From: Cladosporium halotolerans | Taxonomy: Eukaryota | DNA length: 64,000 nt | Reading direction: 5' to 3' | NCBI RefSeq assembly: GCF_011745625.1 | Contig: NW_027191463.1 | Span: forward strand, 558,001 to 622,000 | In this document: piece after piece, positions 48,647 to 61,149 of the stretch | Layout: each line of letters begins with the position of its first letter | How positions within the stretch are numbered: the stretch's first letter is position 1 | Translations under genes and position numbers: made by a program | The notes under the pieces: generated by a model | The model's database searches: none | The model's input: the letters and a program-made list of their open reading frames with translations, nothing else | Told to the model about the DNA's origin: nothing

Positions 48647-50031
48647 TCAAAGCCTCGCCGCGCCGTCCAGCTGCTTACTCTTTCGCTGGTAGTTCTTCAC
48701 CAGCTGCCGAATCATGAGATCCAGCATAACGTCCTCGGAGCCACCACTGTACCGTCACATTAGCCTACGATCGTCAACATTCTCCAGCCTTTGCCGAGTG
48801 TCACTTACGGGATCCTGATTCCATTCACCTCCCGCCACATCCTCTCCGCAATCTCGCCCTGCCCCGTCCTCGTATACCCATTCCCGCCATGCAGCAGCAC
48901 GCTACAATCCGCACACTCCTTCAGCACAATACCCGAATGCGCCTTCGCCGCCGCCGTCAACCCGCCCAGTTCGGCGTCCGCCTCCTCCTTCCGCATTTGC
49001 GTCATCTGGTACACGAATTGCTCGATCCACGCCCAGTGGCTCTCCAGCAGCGTCCCGCACTTCGCCAACCGGTGCCGCACCACCGGCTGCTCCATCAGCG
49101 TCTTGCCGAACGCCTCACGCTTCAGGCAGTACTCGAACGCCGCTGCCAGCGCCACGCGCGACTGCCGGCACGTCCCGATCGCGATCGTCAGCCGCTCGTG
49201 ATTGAAGTTCGTCATGATGTACCGCATCCCCTGCCCTTCGACGCCAACCAGGTTCTCGGCCGGCACTTCGACGTCGTCGAGCTCGATGAACGTCGTTCCG
49301 GCGCTGATTTGGCCGGAGACTTTCAGCCGCCGCATTGATACGCCTGGGTGGCCTTTGAGCGGCACCATGAGCAGTGAGAGGCCGGTTGGCCCGGGCCCGC
49401 CGGTGCGGACGGCCATGCAGGCGTTGTCGGACCAGATGCCGTTCGTGATCCATTTCTTCGTGCCGTTGACGATGTACTTCGAGCCGTCTTTGGATTTGAC
49501 CGCCGTCGTTTTGATGTTGGCCACGTCGCTGCCGGCGTCGGGCTCCGTGATGGCGATGCACGTCCTCTTCCGGCCCCAGAAGAGATCGGGCAGGAAGCGG
49601 TCTTGCAGTTGCTTGTTGCCGAACTTGATTATGGGCGGGACTCCAAAAGCCATGCCTGTCGTCATGCTGGCTGGCGGGCCCGCGAGGCCGGACCGGTGCA
49701 TTTCGTCGATGTAGATCATTGTGTGGAAGTAGGTGAAGTCTTCGACTTTGACGACGCCCAGAATGTCGTGGATGCCGTTTGCTTTGAGTTGTTGGACGGG
49801 GAGGGGTGAGGGGAGGGTTGGGATGAGCATGTTGTGTTTTGCGAAGGTCTGGAAGAGGTGTTCCGGGACGGTTTCCTCGCGCTCCCAGTCGAAGGCGTGG
49901 GGTGTCAGGTGCTCTGAGACGAAGGCCCGGCATGCTTGCTGCCATTTCTTGTGTTCTGCGGTGTAGTATGGCGATGGCAGGCCATTGAGCCAGGGTGGCT
50001 CGCTGAAGGGAATGGATGGAGCTTCTGGCAT
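48647..50031 (-). CDS. Acyl-CoA dehydrogenase, probably peroxisomal; 2 exons
   Basis: AITEPDAGSDV, NGTKKWITNG, NFNHERL, REAFGK; intron 48808-48747; last exon GGSEDVMLDL...ARL* (PTS1). Confidence 0.93.
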
Positions 50032-50478
50032 GTTGGGCTATGTGAGAGATTGAAGGAATGCAGACGTAATTTACAAATCAGTTGATTCTATACACGAATA
50101 TTCAAAGACGAGCCATCTGATAGCCCTTTCATGGGAGTGAGGCTGCTCCACGGGTACCTCGTGACAATGTTGCGGGGGGACTGAGCCGAGGCACACAAGA
50201 GGTCGTGCAAGCGGTGGAGCCAGGGCCAGGGCTGTTTACCGAGTTTATCGACCAAGGTACCCTGAGCGGCAGCCGGGAGATCTTCAGCAATGTTTGAGTG
50301 AAGATCAGTAGGAGAGTTTTGTTGATCAATAAATGCTCATAAATCAATTTTACTGCTGGTGTAAGACCAGTGAAGGGTGCGACGCTATAAACGCTTTGGT
50401 CCGTTCGCCAGGTATCTCAGTCTGTACAGTCATTATATCCCATCTCTACGCGTCATCCACCTCGTGTTCCATCAAGGT

Positions 50479-51158
50479 TTATAGGGGAATCTGTTCCAAT
50501 AGCCGAAGGACTGCGCGCGCAAGGAATGGCTAGCATTGAAGTCAGCTTTGTTTTCGCAAATGGTACATCGATCCGCATCTCAACTTACCGGCTGTGCTCC
50601 TCTCGCTCCAGCGCCAGGCGTAGCCACAGTCTGACCTCCGTCGAGAACAAAGCCACCACTTGTCTGCAGGTTGTCGTCGCCGCTGCCTGTAGCAGCTGTG
50701 CCCGTCGTGCTCGCGCTGACCAAGAGTCCCGAGCTCGCGCCTGAGGACGTCGCAGCCGCAAATCCGCCATCACTGCCCGTCGATCCAGCTGTGGCCGCGC
50801 CTCCAATCGTGCCTGTGCAAGCAGCACCTTGCGGGCAGCAAGCGACGTGTCCCGCCATGTCCGCACTGCATCTTGCGCTCGGCGAGCAGCAGAGGTCTGG
50901 AGCCCCGATGTTCCCGCAGCTGTTGTAACCTGATGGGCAGGTGTCGCTGTCTTGTCGGCGGAAAATGTTTTCAGGGTTCTGTTGTGGCTCGGGCAGGTAT
51001 GCTTGGTTTTGCTCCGGTGAGATCTCGTGGCCTGGGGTTGGTGGTATGTAGTCGGCTATCGAGATTGGGAGGGCGGCGAAGAAGGGTTGGAGGTTGGGGA
51101 GCTGGAGGGCAGAAGCCAACACTGCCGAAAAGGCGATGAGGTGTATCGGTTGGCGCAT
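50479..51158 (-). CDS. Secreted or cell-surface Cys-rich protein; 2 exons
   Basis: Signal peptide MRQPIHLIAFSAVLASA, dibasic RRQ site, 8-Cys domain (C..C..CC..C..CC..C), Ser/Thr/Gly stalk; intron 50588-50530. Confidence 0.75.
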
Positions 51159-52108
51159 GTTGGTCCGCGAGGATGTTGTCCAATCTCGGGGAGATGTTCG
51201 CTCGTCGGATCTTTCGCGGCAAGACCGAAGTGTGAGCCCGGTTGGGCTGCAGTCGATGTGAGCCCTGATAGTCCGATCGATGATGCTGTGCGACCCAAGC
51301 ACTGCCAGCGTGTAGGAATTCACCAGATAAGTTATGTACAAAGAGCTTGTAAGAAGGGACAGCGCACAAGGTCCAAATCTGTTCAGAGCACGCAGCCCAA
51401 GGTGCGAGCTGGTGGCAGGGTATGAGCTCACACTGCGGAGAGCCGTTGCCAAATTCGGCATTGTGTTGTCGCGCCAGTCGCGCGCGTTTGGCAGAGCAAC
51501 GGCCAACTTTAACCCTTGAATTGACCGCAACCATACCCTTGCTCCTGTCAAAGGACGACGTCGTCACTGCACGCAGTTCTCAGGCATCATGGTTGTATGA
51601 CCGGGCACTTTTATTATCATTCGCTTTCGACCAAGCATGCTCGGTCAAATATTGTCTATCAAAGCCATCAGCGACTGCCTCACCAGACCGCTCGTCAATG
51701 GACAACCGGTTGATCGTCATACGCGCCTTCTCTGGCCCCCGCCCTGATGGGAACAAAGATTTCGTGCGGTCAAGAAATGTAATCGTGACTTGCAGACGCG
51801 CTTTTGGCCTGTCGGTTTCTGATGAAGAAAGCGCTTGCCTGGATCTACCTACTCTGAGCATACCTTCCGAGCTCACGCTCACCTGCGCCTTCTCACGCAG
51901 ATCTCGGTATACCATGTAAGATCAAGTAGGTACGCACCGCAATGCGATGCCTTCCAACGCTCGCTGGACTCATGTTTTGTTTCCCAACTCTTCTCCGCCG
52001 CCTCCTCTCCATCATCACGCCACTACCAAAGACATCCCTCAGTTGTCTACCACAGAGAGCAAACTTCCCAAGAATCTCACATCAGCTGTTGCAATAGGAA
52101 GAGCGGAT

Positions 52109-53383
52109 ATGCTGCTGCTCCCGCTCCTCCTTGCGGCGAAAGCCCTAGCTCAAGGGACCACCCATACCATCACCATCCTGGACGATGAACCCGATCAACG
52201 CACGTTGAATACTGTCACCTCTACTGGTCCCGGGGATGTCTTCACTACCTTTACCCTCAAGCCCTCTGGGGTTGATGAAAACAGCCAGACGAGATGGGTC
52301 GAGCATACCGGCCGCACCGCCAAAACCACAGTGACAAGCGAGCTCTCCATTCCGCCAGGGACTTCGACGTCGACCAAACCTTCAGGCACAGCGACTCAAT
52401 CACTCTCGTGGGTCGCAGGTCCTCACCTGGAAGTAGTCACTTTTGTTGATCCGGACGGCAAGAGTCGTACCGTCACTCGGGCGGATCTTCAGAGCACGCA
52501 TGTCACTCTCTCGCCTTCGACCAAGTCCGACGGAACCACTGTCCTTGTGCCTCAGTCTTCAACGGCGCCGGATGATACTGAGATTTTCACTGTCACCAGG
52601 GTCCACACCTCTGGGGAGGATGGTGTTGTCGGTGTGTCCACTGCCAGCAAATTCCACACATCTGCCGCAGATGGTGCGGGTATTCTGACTGTCACCAAGT
52701 TCCACACGTCGCAGCAACAGAAGGCTGCTGTCGAATCTGCGGCTGGAGGCGCCAAATCCAAATCAAAGTCGAAATCGAAACCGAAACCAAAACACAAACC
52801 CAAAGGCAACTTCTTCGCATACCTGCAAGCACTGCGGGTTCAGCGTCAACGAAGTTTCATCTTCCTGCTGCTTGCCATAGCCACTGCCACACTCGTCTTG
52901 CTAGTATTGTTTTTCTGCTGCTGCGCCTGGATGTTCCGCAAACGCCAGAAAAAGACCCGCGATCGCAACGGTAAAGAGGTGGCTGAGGTCACTGATGCGG
53001 CTGGCAACGTTGTGACAACAACGGCAGGATCTGGCGGAGGAGCTGGCGGAGCGGGCAGTGGTTCCAACGTCGTCACCTCATCCGGCGGAGGGAGTGGAGC
53101 AGGAGGTTCCGGCACCGCGACCCAAGTCGTCCCCGTCACGGACTCATCAGGCACTGCCACTACAGCCACCGGTACCGAAGCCAGCCGCGCCGGCACCATG
53201 CGCCGCGCCGCTGAAGAAGGCCGCGCTCCCCAGCGTGTCCGCTTCGGCGAGCAACCTAACGAGACCGTCACGACGACCACGACGCAAGTCGACGGCAGCA
53301 CCGAGATGCGCACTGGCAGCGAGATCTTCGACGTCGGCTCCATGCGCGGCCGCAAGCGCAACCGCGGCGATGAGCCCCTCTAG
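52109..53383 (+). CDS. Mucin-like type I membrane protein
   Basis: Signal peptide MLLLPLLLAAKALAQ, Thr/Ser-rich ectodomain, one TM helix ending CCC, RKRQKK stop-transfer, disordered tail. Confidence 0.75.
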   Translation: MLLLPLLLAAKALAQGTTHTITILDDEPDQRTLNTVTSTGPGDVFTTFTLKPSGVDENSQTRWVEHTGRTAKTTVTSELSIPPGTSTSTKPSGTATQSLSWVAGPHLEVVTFVDPDGKSRTVTRADLQSTHVTLSPSTKSDGTTVLVPQSSTAPDDTEIFTVTRVHTSGEDGVVGVSTASKFHTSAADGAGILTVTKFHTSQQQKAAVESAAGGAKSKSKSKSKPKPKHKPKGNFFAYLQALRVQRQRSFIFLLLAIATATLVLLVLFFCCCAWMFRKRQKKTRDRNGKEVAEVTDAAGNVVTTTAGSGGGAGGAGSGSNVVTSSGGGSGAGGSGTATQVVPVTDSSGTATTATGTEASRAGTMRRAAEEGRAPQRVRFGEQPNETVTTTTTQVDGSTEMRTGSEIFDVGSMRGRKRNRGDEPL

Positions 53384-54010
53384 GCGCCCGACTCGTCCAC
53401 GCAGGACGATGATCGGGGCAGGCTGGCCAGGTGGGGGCTGTTTCCTGGCAAGTCCAGGTTTGTCAGGGGTCACTGAAGTGCCAGAGTCATATGGATCAGC
53501 CTTTCGACTTTACGTCTCGCCCCTAATGATGTTCGTCTTTTGTTCTGGTGTTTGTGTTCGAAATATTAATTGGACTGACCCGATTCGCTCTTTTGGCTTT
53601 TTGATTTCACGTTACGCACGACAATGAGCTGGGCATGGTTAGCGCAGGTTTTGGATAGAAGACAGATCCATGAATGCAAATAATGTGTATTGCGATGCTG
53701 CACAGTCCATTTCCGTCGATCAACACGTCACCCTGCGAAAGTATCTGTTGATCCTAGCACGGGACGTTTGAAATTTGGACCTACACATTCATTGCACCAG
53801 GTGGTGTCACAGTCTGGCCAGATATATCTGAGCAACTAATAACAACTTATTAGACATCCTCAAGCATTGTATTGAGCTGCAAAACCACCCTTGCCAGCCT
53901 CGGCGGTCCGGGCTTCAGGTTTTTTTTGGCAGCCTTGCCTGCCCGAACCAAGCCCCCCGCCACCCAAGTGCCATCGGGCTTGTGATATCCAAACTCACAG
54001 CCGCAAAGAT

Positions 54011-55054
54011 TCACAACTCGGCCTCCTTCGTGTCCGTCGAAAAGTCGGTACTACATGACAAATCTTTGAAGTCGTCTAGAGACTTGAGCATAGCTCGGCA
54101 TTTTGCTTGCACGGTCTTGAAGCAATCCGATCCAAGAAAGATCCGGAATGGAATGTCAGACCTGTGTTTGAAGTGACCCTCACGTCTTGCTAAATCCGCG
54201 ATACATTCGGCGGCCAAATGCGGATCGCCAGGCTGCTTTCCATCCGCGTTCTTTAGCCTGTCGCTGTACGCGTTGATGATAGAGGCGTACTCGGACGACA
54301 CATTGGCGCTGTCGAGCTTGCGTCGGTCCGCACTTAGCACGCCAGTCCTGAACATGCCCATGACAATGAGATGTGTCTCTATGTTGAATTGGCTGATTTC
54401 GAGTTGGAGGCACTCCGCCGCTCCTATCAACTGGTTAGTGACAGGAGCCTACTGATGACTTGAGAGAGGTCTCTGCGTGCACACCAATCATACCTTCCAG
54501 GGCAAACTTCGAGGCACTGTAAGGCCCACCGGCAGCCACACCGGCCCAGCCGGCGACACTGCTGATGAAAATAACCTTACCACTACCTTGTTGCCTCATG
54601 AATGGTAGCACTGATCGCGTAAGTCTCAACGGGCCAAGGACGTTTGTCTCGAGTTGATGGCAGACATCCTCATGGCTAGAAAGCTCCGTTAGCTGACGTC
54701 GGACGTGTAAGCGAATGTTGGAATGAACAGTAAGCAGTGGAAAACGTACCCGACCTGCTCCCACACGCCGGATTGCACGTAGCCGGCATTATTGACCAGA
54801 ACGTCTATCCGGCCGAAATGCGAAATAGCTTCCGATGCCTTCTCATCTAGATCTGCTTGCGACGCCGCGACATCTAGTGCCAGAGCCCTGCAGTTGTCGC
54901 TCTGTATCAAGGTATTATCAGGCGACTCCAACTTTCGCGCTGTGACAACCACTCTGTCCCCACGAGCCAGTGCCGCTTTGGCCAAGAGTAGGCCGAGGCC
55001 CGATGAGCACCCAGTCACGAGCCAGACTCTCGAGGTAATGCTTGTATCGACCAT
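54011..55054 (-). CDS. Short-chain dehydrogenase/reductase; 3 exons
   Basis: WLVTGCSSGLG, DVLVNNAG, YSASKFALEG, QPGDP; both introns splice in frame. Confidence 0.92.
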
Positions 55055-55646
55055 GGTCCTTTGCTTTTTCTTTTGAGTGAGATTTTCCTGTATTGGCCCT
55101 ACAAACAATTATGAACAATTTGTTCAGTAATGAGGCAGGCGTCATCTGGATGCTTCGTTGTGATACTGATTCATGTGCTTTCAAATGACACTTAGTCATG
55201 TTCAAGGGCTCGGTGCCAAGGGCAGCTGAACCCACTTCTTCGGGAGGCCACTTCGCAACAAATCCGATGGGCTGATCAATTAATGATCACAACAGCTCTA
55301 CGGATGGTCAAAACATTGAGGGCAGGTGTCATGAGATCAGATAGAAATTACAGAACTGCTTGGCTGGGCTACTTTCGAAGAAGGACATGTACGAAGGTGC
55401 GAACATGACCAAGCATACAAAGTTGTCGCGATTAACGACAAAGTGCAGCATTCCAACTGTGGCGTTTCATGACTCGATCTTCATACGATGGAAGCGGCGA
55501 ACTTGAAATGCATGAGCCAACCCTAATCAACGCGATTCTTGCAGTGATCTCGGCACAATTCATTGCATAATCATCGATTGTCTCATTCGCTACGTGAGCC
55601 TAGGACCAAAGTGAGCACAACGACTTCCTGAACATTCAGGACTTAG

Positions 55647-56747
55647 TTAAGCCCGTGCTGTTATCTTAAGGTATTCTCTACTGAAGGGATAATCTACGTA
55701 TCCAATTGGATCCTTTGGCGTGTAGAAAGTCGACCGGTCGTAATCATTGAGCGGCAAACCTTCAGAAATACGAAACGGGAGGTCTGGATTCGCCAGGAAA
55801 GACCGCCCGAACGCAAAGGCGACGGAAGAATTCCCATAGCTTCTTGATCGGTCTTGTGCGCTCTTTGGCGTGAAGCCGCCCGCTAAAATGACTGTTCCGT
55901 GGGTTGTCCACACGTTCACCAGTAGATCTGTCTGATCTGAAGAGGCCTCAATCGTTTGGGAGCCGGAGACGCGAGGTTCGACGACGTGAAGATATGCCAG
56001 TCCCAAGGGTTTCAGCTTATCAGCTAGATCCAGGAATTGCGGCAACGGATCGTTCATCCTCATTCCTTGGAAGGGGCTCCATGGACTCACTCGATAGCCA
56101 ACCCTCTGCGGGCCAACTGCGGCAGCGACTGCAGCGGCCACTTCTGCTCCGAAACGGGATCTGTTACCAACACTGCCGCCCCAACCATCGTTTCGGCGAT
56201 TACATGTGTCCTGGAGAAATTGATCGGGAAGATATCCATTAGCCCCGTGAACTTCGACACCATCGAATCCGGCCTCTATCGCGTTCTTCGCAGCCATGGC
56301 GTAATCCTCGATGAACGCACGGATGCCCTTTTCAGTCAGCGGAAGAGGCACTGGCGAGTCAGGCAATGGAACATCTGAGCTGGACACCAAGCCATGCCCG
56401 CTGGCTTCCAGAACCTTCGCATCAGCAGCGCGACCAAGCGCCCACAGCTGGCAGAAGATATAACAGCCCTTGGCATGCACGGCTTCGGTTACATTGCGCC
56501 ATGATTTGATCTGCTCATCGGTATAAATGCCAGGGACGTTCAGCCTGCCTCCCGCTCGGTGCGAGATGAAGGTCCCTTCGGTGATCAGCAGCGTGCCAGG
56601 GACAGAAGCTCTTTGCGAATAGTATTCGGTAACAATGTCGAGGGGTACGCCATTGTCGTCTGCTCGGACCCTAGTTAGGGGCGCGAGAACAATTCTGTGC
56701 TTGAGATCGATGCCGCCGATGCTGATAGGGTCGAACAAGGATGACAT
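55647..56747 (-). CDS. Old Yellow Enzyme family ene-reductase
   Basis: LAPLTR, YYSQRA, QLWALGR, EVHGANGYLPDQFL, GRSFLANPDL, GYVDYPF. Confidence 0.95.
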   Translation of the reverse strand: MSSLFDPISIGGIDLKHRIVLAPLTRVRADDNGVPLDIVTEYYSQRASVPGTLLITEGTFISHRAGGRLNVPGIYTDEQIKSWRNVTEAVHAKGCYIFCQLWALGRAADAKVLEASGHGLVSSSDVPLPDSPVPLPLTEKGIRAFIEDYAMAAKNAIEAGFDGVEVHGANGYLPDQFLQDTCNRRNDGWGGSVGNRSRFGAEVAAAVAAAVGPQRVGYRVSPWSPFQGMRMNDPLPQFLDLADKLKPLGLAYLHVVEPRVSGSQTIEASSDQTDLLVNVWTTHGTVILAGGFTPKSAQDRSRSYGNSSVAFAFGRSFLANPDLPFRISEGLPLNDYDRSTFYTPKDPIGYVDYPFSREYLKITARA

Positions 56748-57069
56748 TGCGCGATGAATTTGTTGGCGCTACAATGGTAAAGTTGTATGAATGATCGTCG
56801 GAGTGCAATGATCAACAGGTCAAGATGGTCCACGTCTCACAGCCAACAGCACCTGAGAGAGCTCTTATAGTCGTCTCGTCACTACCGTGTTTGTAATCAG
56901 ATCTGATCGCCGCGCCCAGATCCCGTCGGCACCATGAATCATGTGCGGTTGGATACAAGGAGAGGGATTCCAATTTTACATCCTATACGGACGCCTGAGC
57001 AGCAGCGCTTACCAATGTCCCAATGAGTCATGTTACGTTGGCACTCCCTTTCACGGAATTGCAGGCCCC

Positions 57070-58713
57070 TTACAACTTTGACGATGGCGCCATGCGCCAC
57101 ACTCGGCCCGACTGCGGTTTGCGCGCGCGCAATTGTCGCCGTAGAATCTTGCCGGCTGCGCTCTTAGGAATCGTGTCAACTACTTCCACCTCCGCCAGCC
57201 ACTTCGCCCGAGCTTTTCTCTCCGAAACATACTGCATGATCGACTGTGCCGTCTGCTGTGAGTTGCTCGTTCCCACTTGCAGAACCACAAAGGCTTTGGG
57301 CCGTTCTCCCGAGCGCTCGTCCGATATGCCACACACTGCAATATCGCTCACCGCCGGGTGGGACAGCAGGAGCTGCTCTATCTCTGCAGGAGCGACGCCG
57401 ATACCCTTCACCTTGATCATTTCTTTCGCTCGGTCTGTGATGTGCAGCATGCCCTCACTGTCCATCATGCCTATATCGCCTGTGTGCAAAAAGCCATCTG
57501 CGTCAAACGCTTCCGCTGTGGCCGTTGCGTTGTTCAGATACCCCATGGCAATTTGCGGGCCGCGAGCCCAGATCTCTCCTTCCTCGCCGACGCCCATCTC
57601 CTTGCAGCTTTCCATGTTAACAATCTTCAGCTCGGTAGACGCGACCAACATCCCAACCTTGTCCGCATTACGGTACGCGTACTTGGACGGGGGATGAGAT
57701 GTGATGGCCGAGCACGACTCTGAGAGACCATATCCTTGCTTGAATCCGCTTCCGGGGAAGTGGGACTCCAATTCTTCCAATATGGCTTTCGGCAGCGGTG
57801 CAGCACCGGATGAGAACCGCTTGATGTGCGACAGGTCGTATCTGGACAATACTTCCCTTTCCCGTACCATGCGGAGAAGGATCGGTGGAACAACAAGCAG
57901 TTCACGGACCCGGTACTTGGATGCCGTCTCCAGGAACGTGTCAAGCGTGTATTTCGACAAGACGTAAACGTTCGCGTTCAGGGCGATTGGAAGAGCGAAT
58001 TGGTGAATGAGGCCCGTGACATGGTAGTAAGGCAGACCACCCATGACTTTGTCGTGATCGCTGGGCGTTATCTGTTGAACTTGCAAGCACTGGGCAATGA
58101 CATTTGCGTGCGAGATCTGCACAGCTTTGGGCAAACCAGTGGTACCGCTGCTGAAACACAAGAATGCACACAACCGGGTGTTTGATCTGCCTGGTGTAAT
58201 GCGAAAGGTTTGCGCTTCAGACTTCTCCCCAGCCGCTTTGCCTGCAGAGATGAGGTTGTCGAATCCATGCGTTCCGACCACATCCGCGTCGAAAAGTACA
58301 ACATGGGACGCTTCCATGCCGCAGTTCTTCGCAGCGATCTGTGCCGCCTCGAGTTTGTCCTGCGTCGTGAAAATGCACTTTGCTTGGCTCAGCTCGAGGC
58401 AGTGCGAGAGCTCTTCCGAAGAGTAGTCTGGTGAGACACCACATGCCACCACGCCGAGCCGGAGTGCTGCGAGCATGGCCACCGGGTATTGAATCGCATT
58501 GCGACTGTACACCAGAGCGACATCCCCTTCGCGGAGTGTTAAGACCCTTTGCAAGGCTGTGGAGAGATACTTGGCCCTTAATGACACATCTTGGTAGCTG
58601 CAATGCTGCTCCGTGAGTGCATCAGTGAGTCCTTTGGTAGCGCTGTTCGTGAGCTTTGGATTGTCGAAGAGCCAAGACCAGAGCGTGACGTCTTGGGGCA
58701 CTGTTATCCTCAT
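57070..58713 (-). CDS. 4-coumarate/phenylacetate-CoA-ligase-like acyl-CoA synthetase with PTS1
   Basis: FSSGTTGLPK, QGYGLSE, LHTGD, DRAKEMIKVKG, PKSAAGKILRR; ends SKL. Confidence 0.93.
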   Translation of the reverse strand: MRITVPQDVTLWSWLFDNPKLTNSATKGLTDALTEQHCSYQDVSLRAKYLSTALQRVLTLREGDVALVYSRNAIQYPVAMLAALRLGVVACGVSPDYSSEELSHCLELSQAKCIFTTQDKLEAAQIAAKNCGMEASHVVLFDADVVGTHGFDNLISAGKAAGEKSEAQTFRITPGRSNTRLCAFLCFSSGTTGLPKAVQISHANVIAQCLQVQQITPSDHDKVMGGLPYYHVTGLIHQFALPIALNANVYVLSKYTLDTFLETASKYRVRELLVVPPILLRMVREREVLSRYDLSHIKRFSSGAAPLPKAILEELESHFPGSGFKQGYGLSESCSAITSHPPSKYAYRNADKVGMLVASTELKIVNMESCKEMGVGEEGEIWARGPQIAMGYLNNATATAEAFDADGFLHTGDIGMMDSEGMLHITDRAKEMIKVKGIGVAPAEIEQLLLSHPAVSDIAVCGISDERSGERPKAFVVLQVGTSNSQQTAQSIMQYVSERKARAKWLAEVEVVDTIPKSAAGKILRRQLRARKPQSGRVWRMAPSSKL

Positions 58714-59124
58714 CAGTGCTTGAACATCTAAATCAATCAATGACTATCTGACCTTCAATGTCGGGGTGAATCGATTTGAACAACATCGTACAAGACTATG
58801 AGATAGACTGAAGGTTGTGTGGAGTGCTGGCGTGAGATCTTTGATACAATCGTATCGTTGTCGTATTCTCAAATAGAAGTCGAAGAGCTGGGGATGAGGT
58901 GAGGCCACTAAATGCAGGATGGATAGCAGCGTCCGCCGGCCAGCAATCAGGTACGCCAAGCTCAAGGGTCGTTGGCAAGGAGAGTCATGCTTGACACCAC
59001 TGCTCTGCCATGACTCAGTCTAGATATCTTCCAACTGGATGGGGTGTTATAACGAGGCATGCCCTTCAGGTCATGAAGCGGCTCACAACTTAGACTTGGA
59101 ACTGAACTTTCAACAGCATACGAA

Positions 59125-60442
59125 ATGTCGATGGACGTAAGGCAACCCATCGACACTGCAGCCCTGGAAAGCTACCTCCATTGCAACACGCCGTCAATTT
59201 TAGGACCTCTTGATGTGAAGCAGGTTAGTGGCGATTTCGCAAAAAGTCCCAAACCCCCAAGAACCACCATCACATAGGCAGCGCGATAGCGAGTTGAGGT
59301 GTAGTCTTGACTGACGAAAATGCGGATGTAGTTCAGCAATGGTCAATCCAATCCAACATATCTCCTAACCTCGCAACAGAAACAGCGATATGTTCTGCGA
59401 AAGAAGCCTCCTGCGGCCTCAGGAAATAGTAACAGCCATCAGATCGAGAGGGAATATCAGATACTCGCCGCTTTGCAACCGTCCAACGTCCCAGTTCCAC
59501 GAATTTTTGGTCTGTGCCAAGACGCATCGATAATTGGGACGCCATTTTACATCATGGAATTTTTAGATGGCCGAATCTTTGATAATCCCTGGTTACCGAC
59601 TCTGCAGCCGAAGGAGAGAAGCTTGATGTAAGGGGAACCCCGCCTCAAGATGCTCATTACAAGAGCTCGAGAGAGTACTAACCGCATCCTTAATCAGATG
59701 GAAAGAGGCATTGGAGACGCTGGCGAAACTGCACTCCATCGATCTGAGTGCCATTGGGTTACAGCATTGGAAGAAGGAAGCCAGCTTCTACAACCGTCAG
59801 ATTTCTGCGTTCAATCGCATTAGTGCTGCTCAGGCTGAGGCAAAGTTTACCACGAGGCAGCAGCTAGTCGGACAGATTCCCTACTTCGAAGAGCTGAGTA
59901 GATTTTTCTCTTGGGCGAACATGCAGCCGACAGAACGGAAAACGCTCGTCCACGGAGACTTCAAGATCGATAATCTGATCTTCCACAGATCCGAGCCGCG
60001 TGTAATCGGCGTTCTGGATTGGGAACTGGCCACAGAGGGCCACCCGCTTGGGGACCTGGCAAACTTATTGTCACCTATGTTAAGCTCGGCGGAAGACATG
60101 ACCTGGCTGGCAGAGCAGACACTCACGGCCGACTTGGCGATGTCCCGAAAGATGATGCGCTCTGAAATAACTGCAGGGGTACCAAGCATCCCGGAATGCC
60201 TCAGTTGGTACGCTAGGCTGAGTGGATGGGAAGTTTCGGGAGACGATATGCTCTGGGCGGCTGCGTTCAACAGCTTCCGCACGGCGGTCATCATGCAGGG
60301 TATTGCGGCCAGACTGGCAAGAGGCCAGACAAACAGCGCTCAAGCGGTGCCATTTGCCCTGCAAACATTTCCGTACGCCGTCTTGGCATATGCCCGTGTC
60401 CAGCAGATCAAAGACAGCTCGGGTCTGAAGGGTAGACTCTAG
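59125..60442 (+). CDS. APH-family phosphotransferase, ACAD10/11 N-terminal (LvaA-like) type; 3 exons
   Basis: Exons 59125-59223, 59332-59627 and 59698-60442. GQSNPTY, VLRKKP, HQIEREY, GTPFYIMEFLDGRIF, HGDFKIDN, LDWE, QGIAAR; ends GRL. Confidence 0.9.
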
Positions 60443-61149
60443 GGTTGATCAGACTGAGTCAGGCAATCATCCGTGATTATTCTCTTGTCCGCAGATTCCA
60501 TATCCCCATCGCAAGTCACCGGTTTTGAAATCGTGCGAGCACCACCTTTAGCCGTCGGACCTGTCGTTTCCCTTGCCTTCCCCATTGCCTCATCTCTCGC
60601 TCATCTCCGTCCTATCAAGATGGTGACTTGCGTGATCCAACGATTGCCTTGAGCTTCCAGATGACTCGTTATCGTGACCCACACGAAATATGCGTCATTC
60701 CAAAGCAATGCGATATATGTTTCCCGTGGCGTCGAGATCTAAGCCGCTGGCCCGGCGGGAGTAACGTCACGGCAAGCCCGCAACTCGCCCACGCGGAAGC
60801 GGGTCAAACTGCAGCGACCCGGAGCAGATTGCAATGACTCATTTGCCAATGCTTGCCGGAAGCTCCAGGCTTCAGACTAGCCTATGTGAATTTTGCTGTC
60901 GCACCGGTCCCTTGTTCTCCGCCTTGTGTTTCCAGGCCAGGTGCCGATGCACCCGCAGTCGAACATGACACGGGTAATGTTTGTGCTGTTGATCGGGAGA
61001 TGTGTGCTGCTGAGCGTCCACGTCGCCAGTCAGCCGGTTTGCCACACATATACGGGAGTCTGTCTCAAGGAGCACAGCAATCATGCAATAGTGTCTGAAT
61101 CGATTCTCTTCCACACGCAAACATCACCGCAGCGTTGCAACTCTTTACC

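Noticed and set aside
48647..50031. Acyl-CoA dehydrogenase as the LvaC-type partner of the 54-64 kb cluster
   Set aside because: Separated by two unrelated genes, has core-like codon usage, and does not look like the ACAD10/11 subfamily; a phylogeny would be needed.
53880..53990. GC-rich patch with short inverted repeats at the left edge of the enzyme cluster, considered as a transposon end
   Set aside because: No matching second end, target-site duplication or transposase found.
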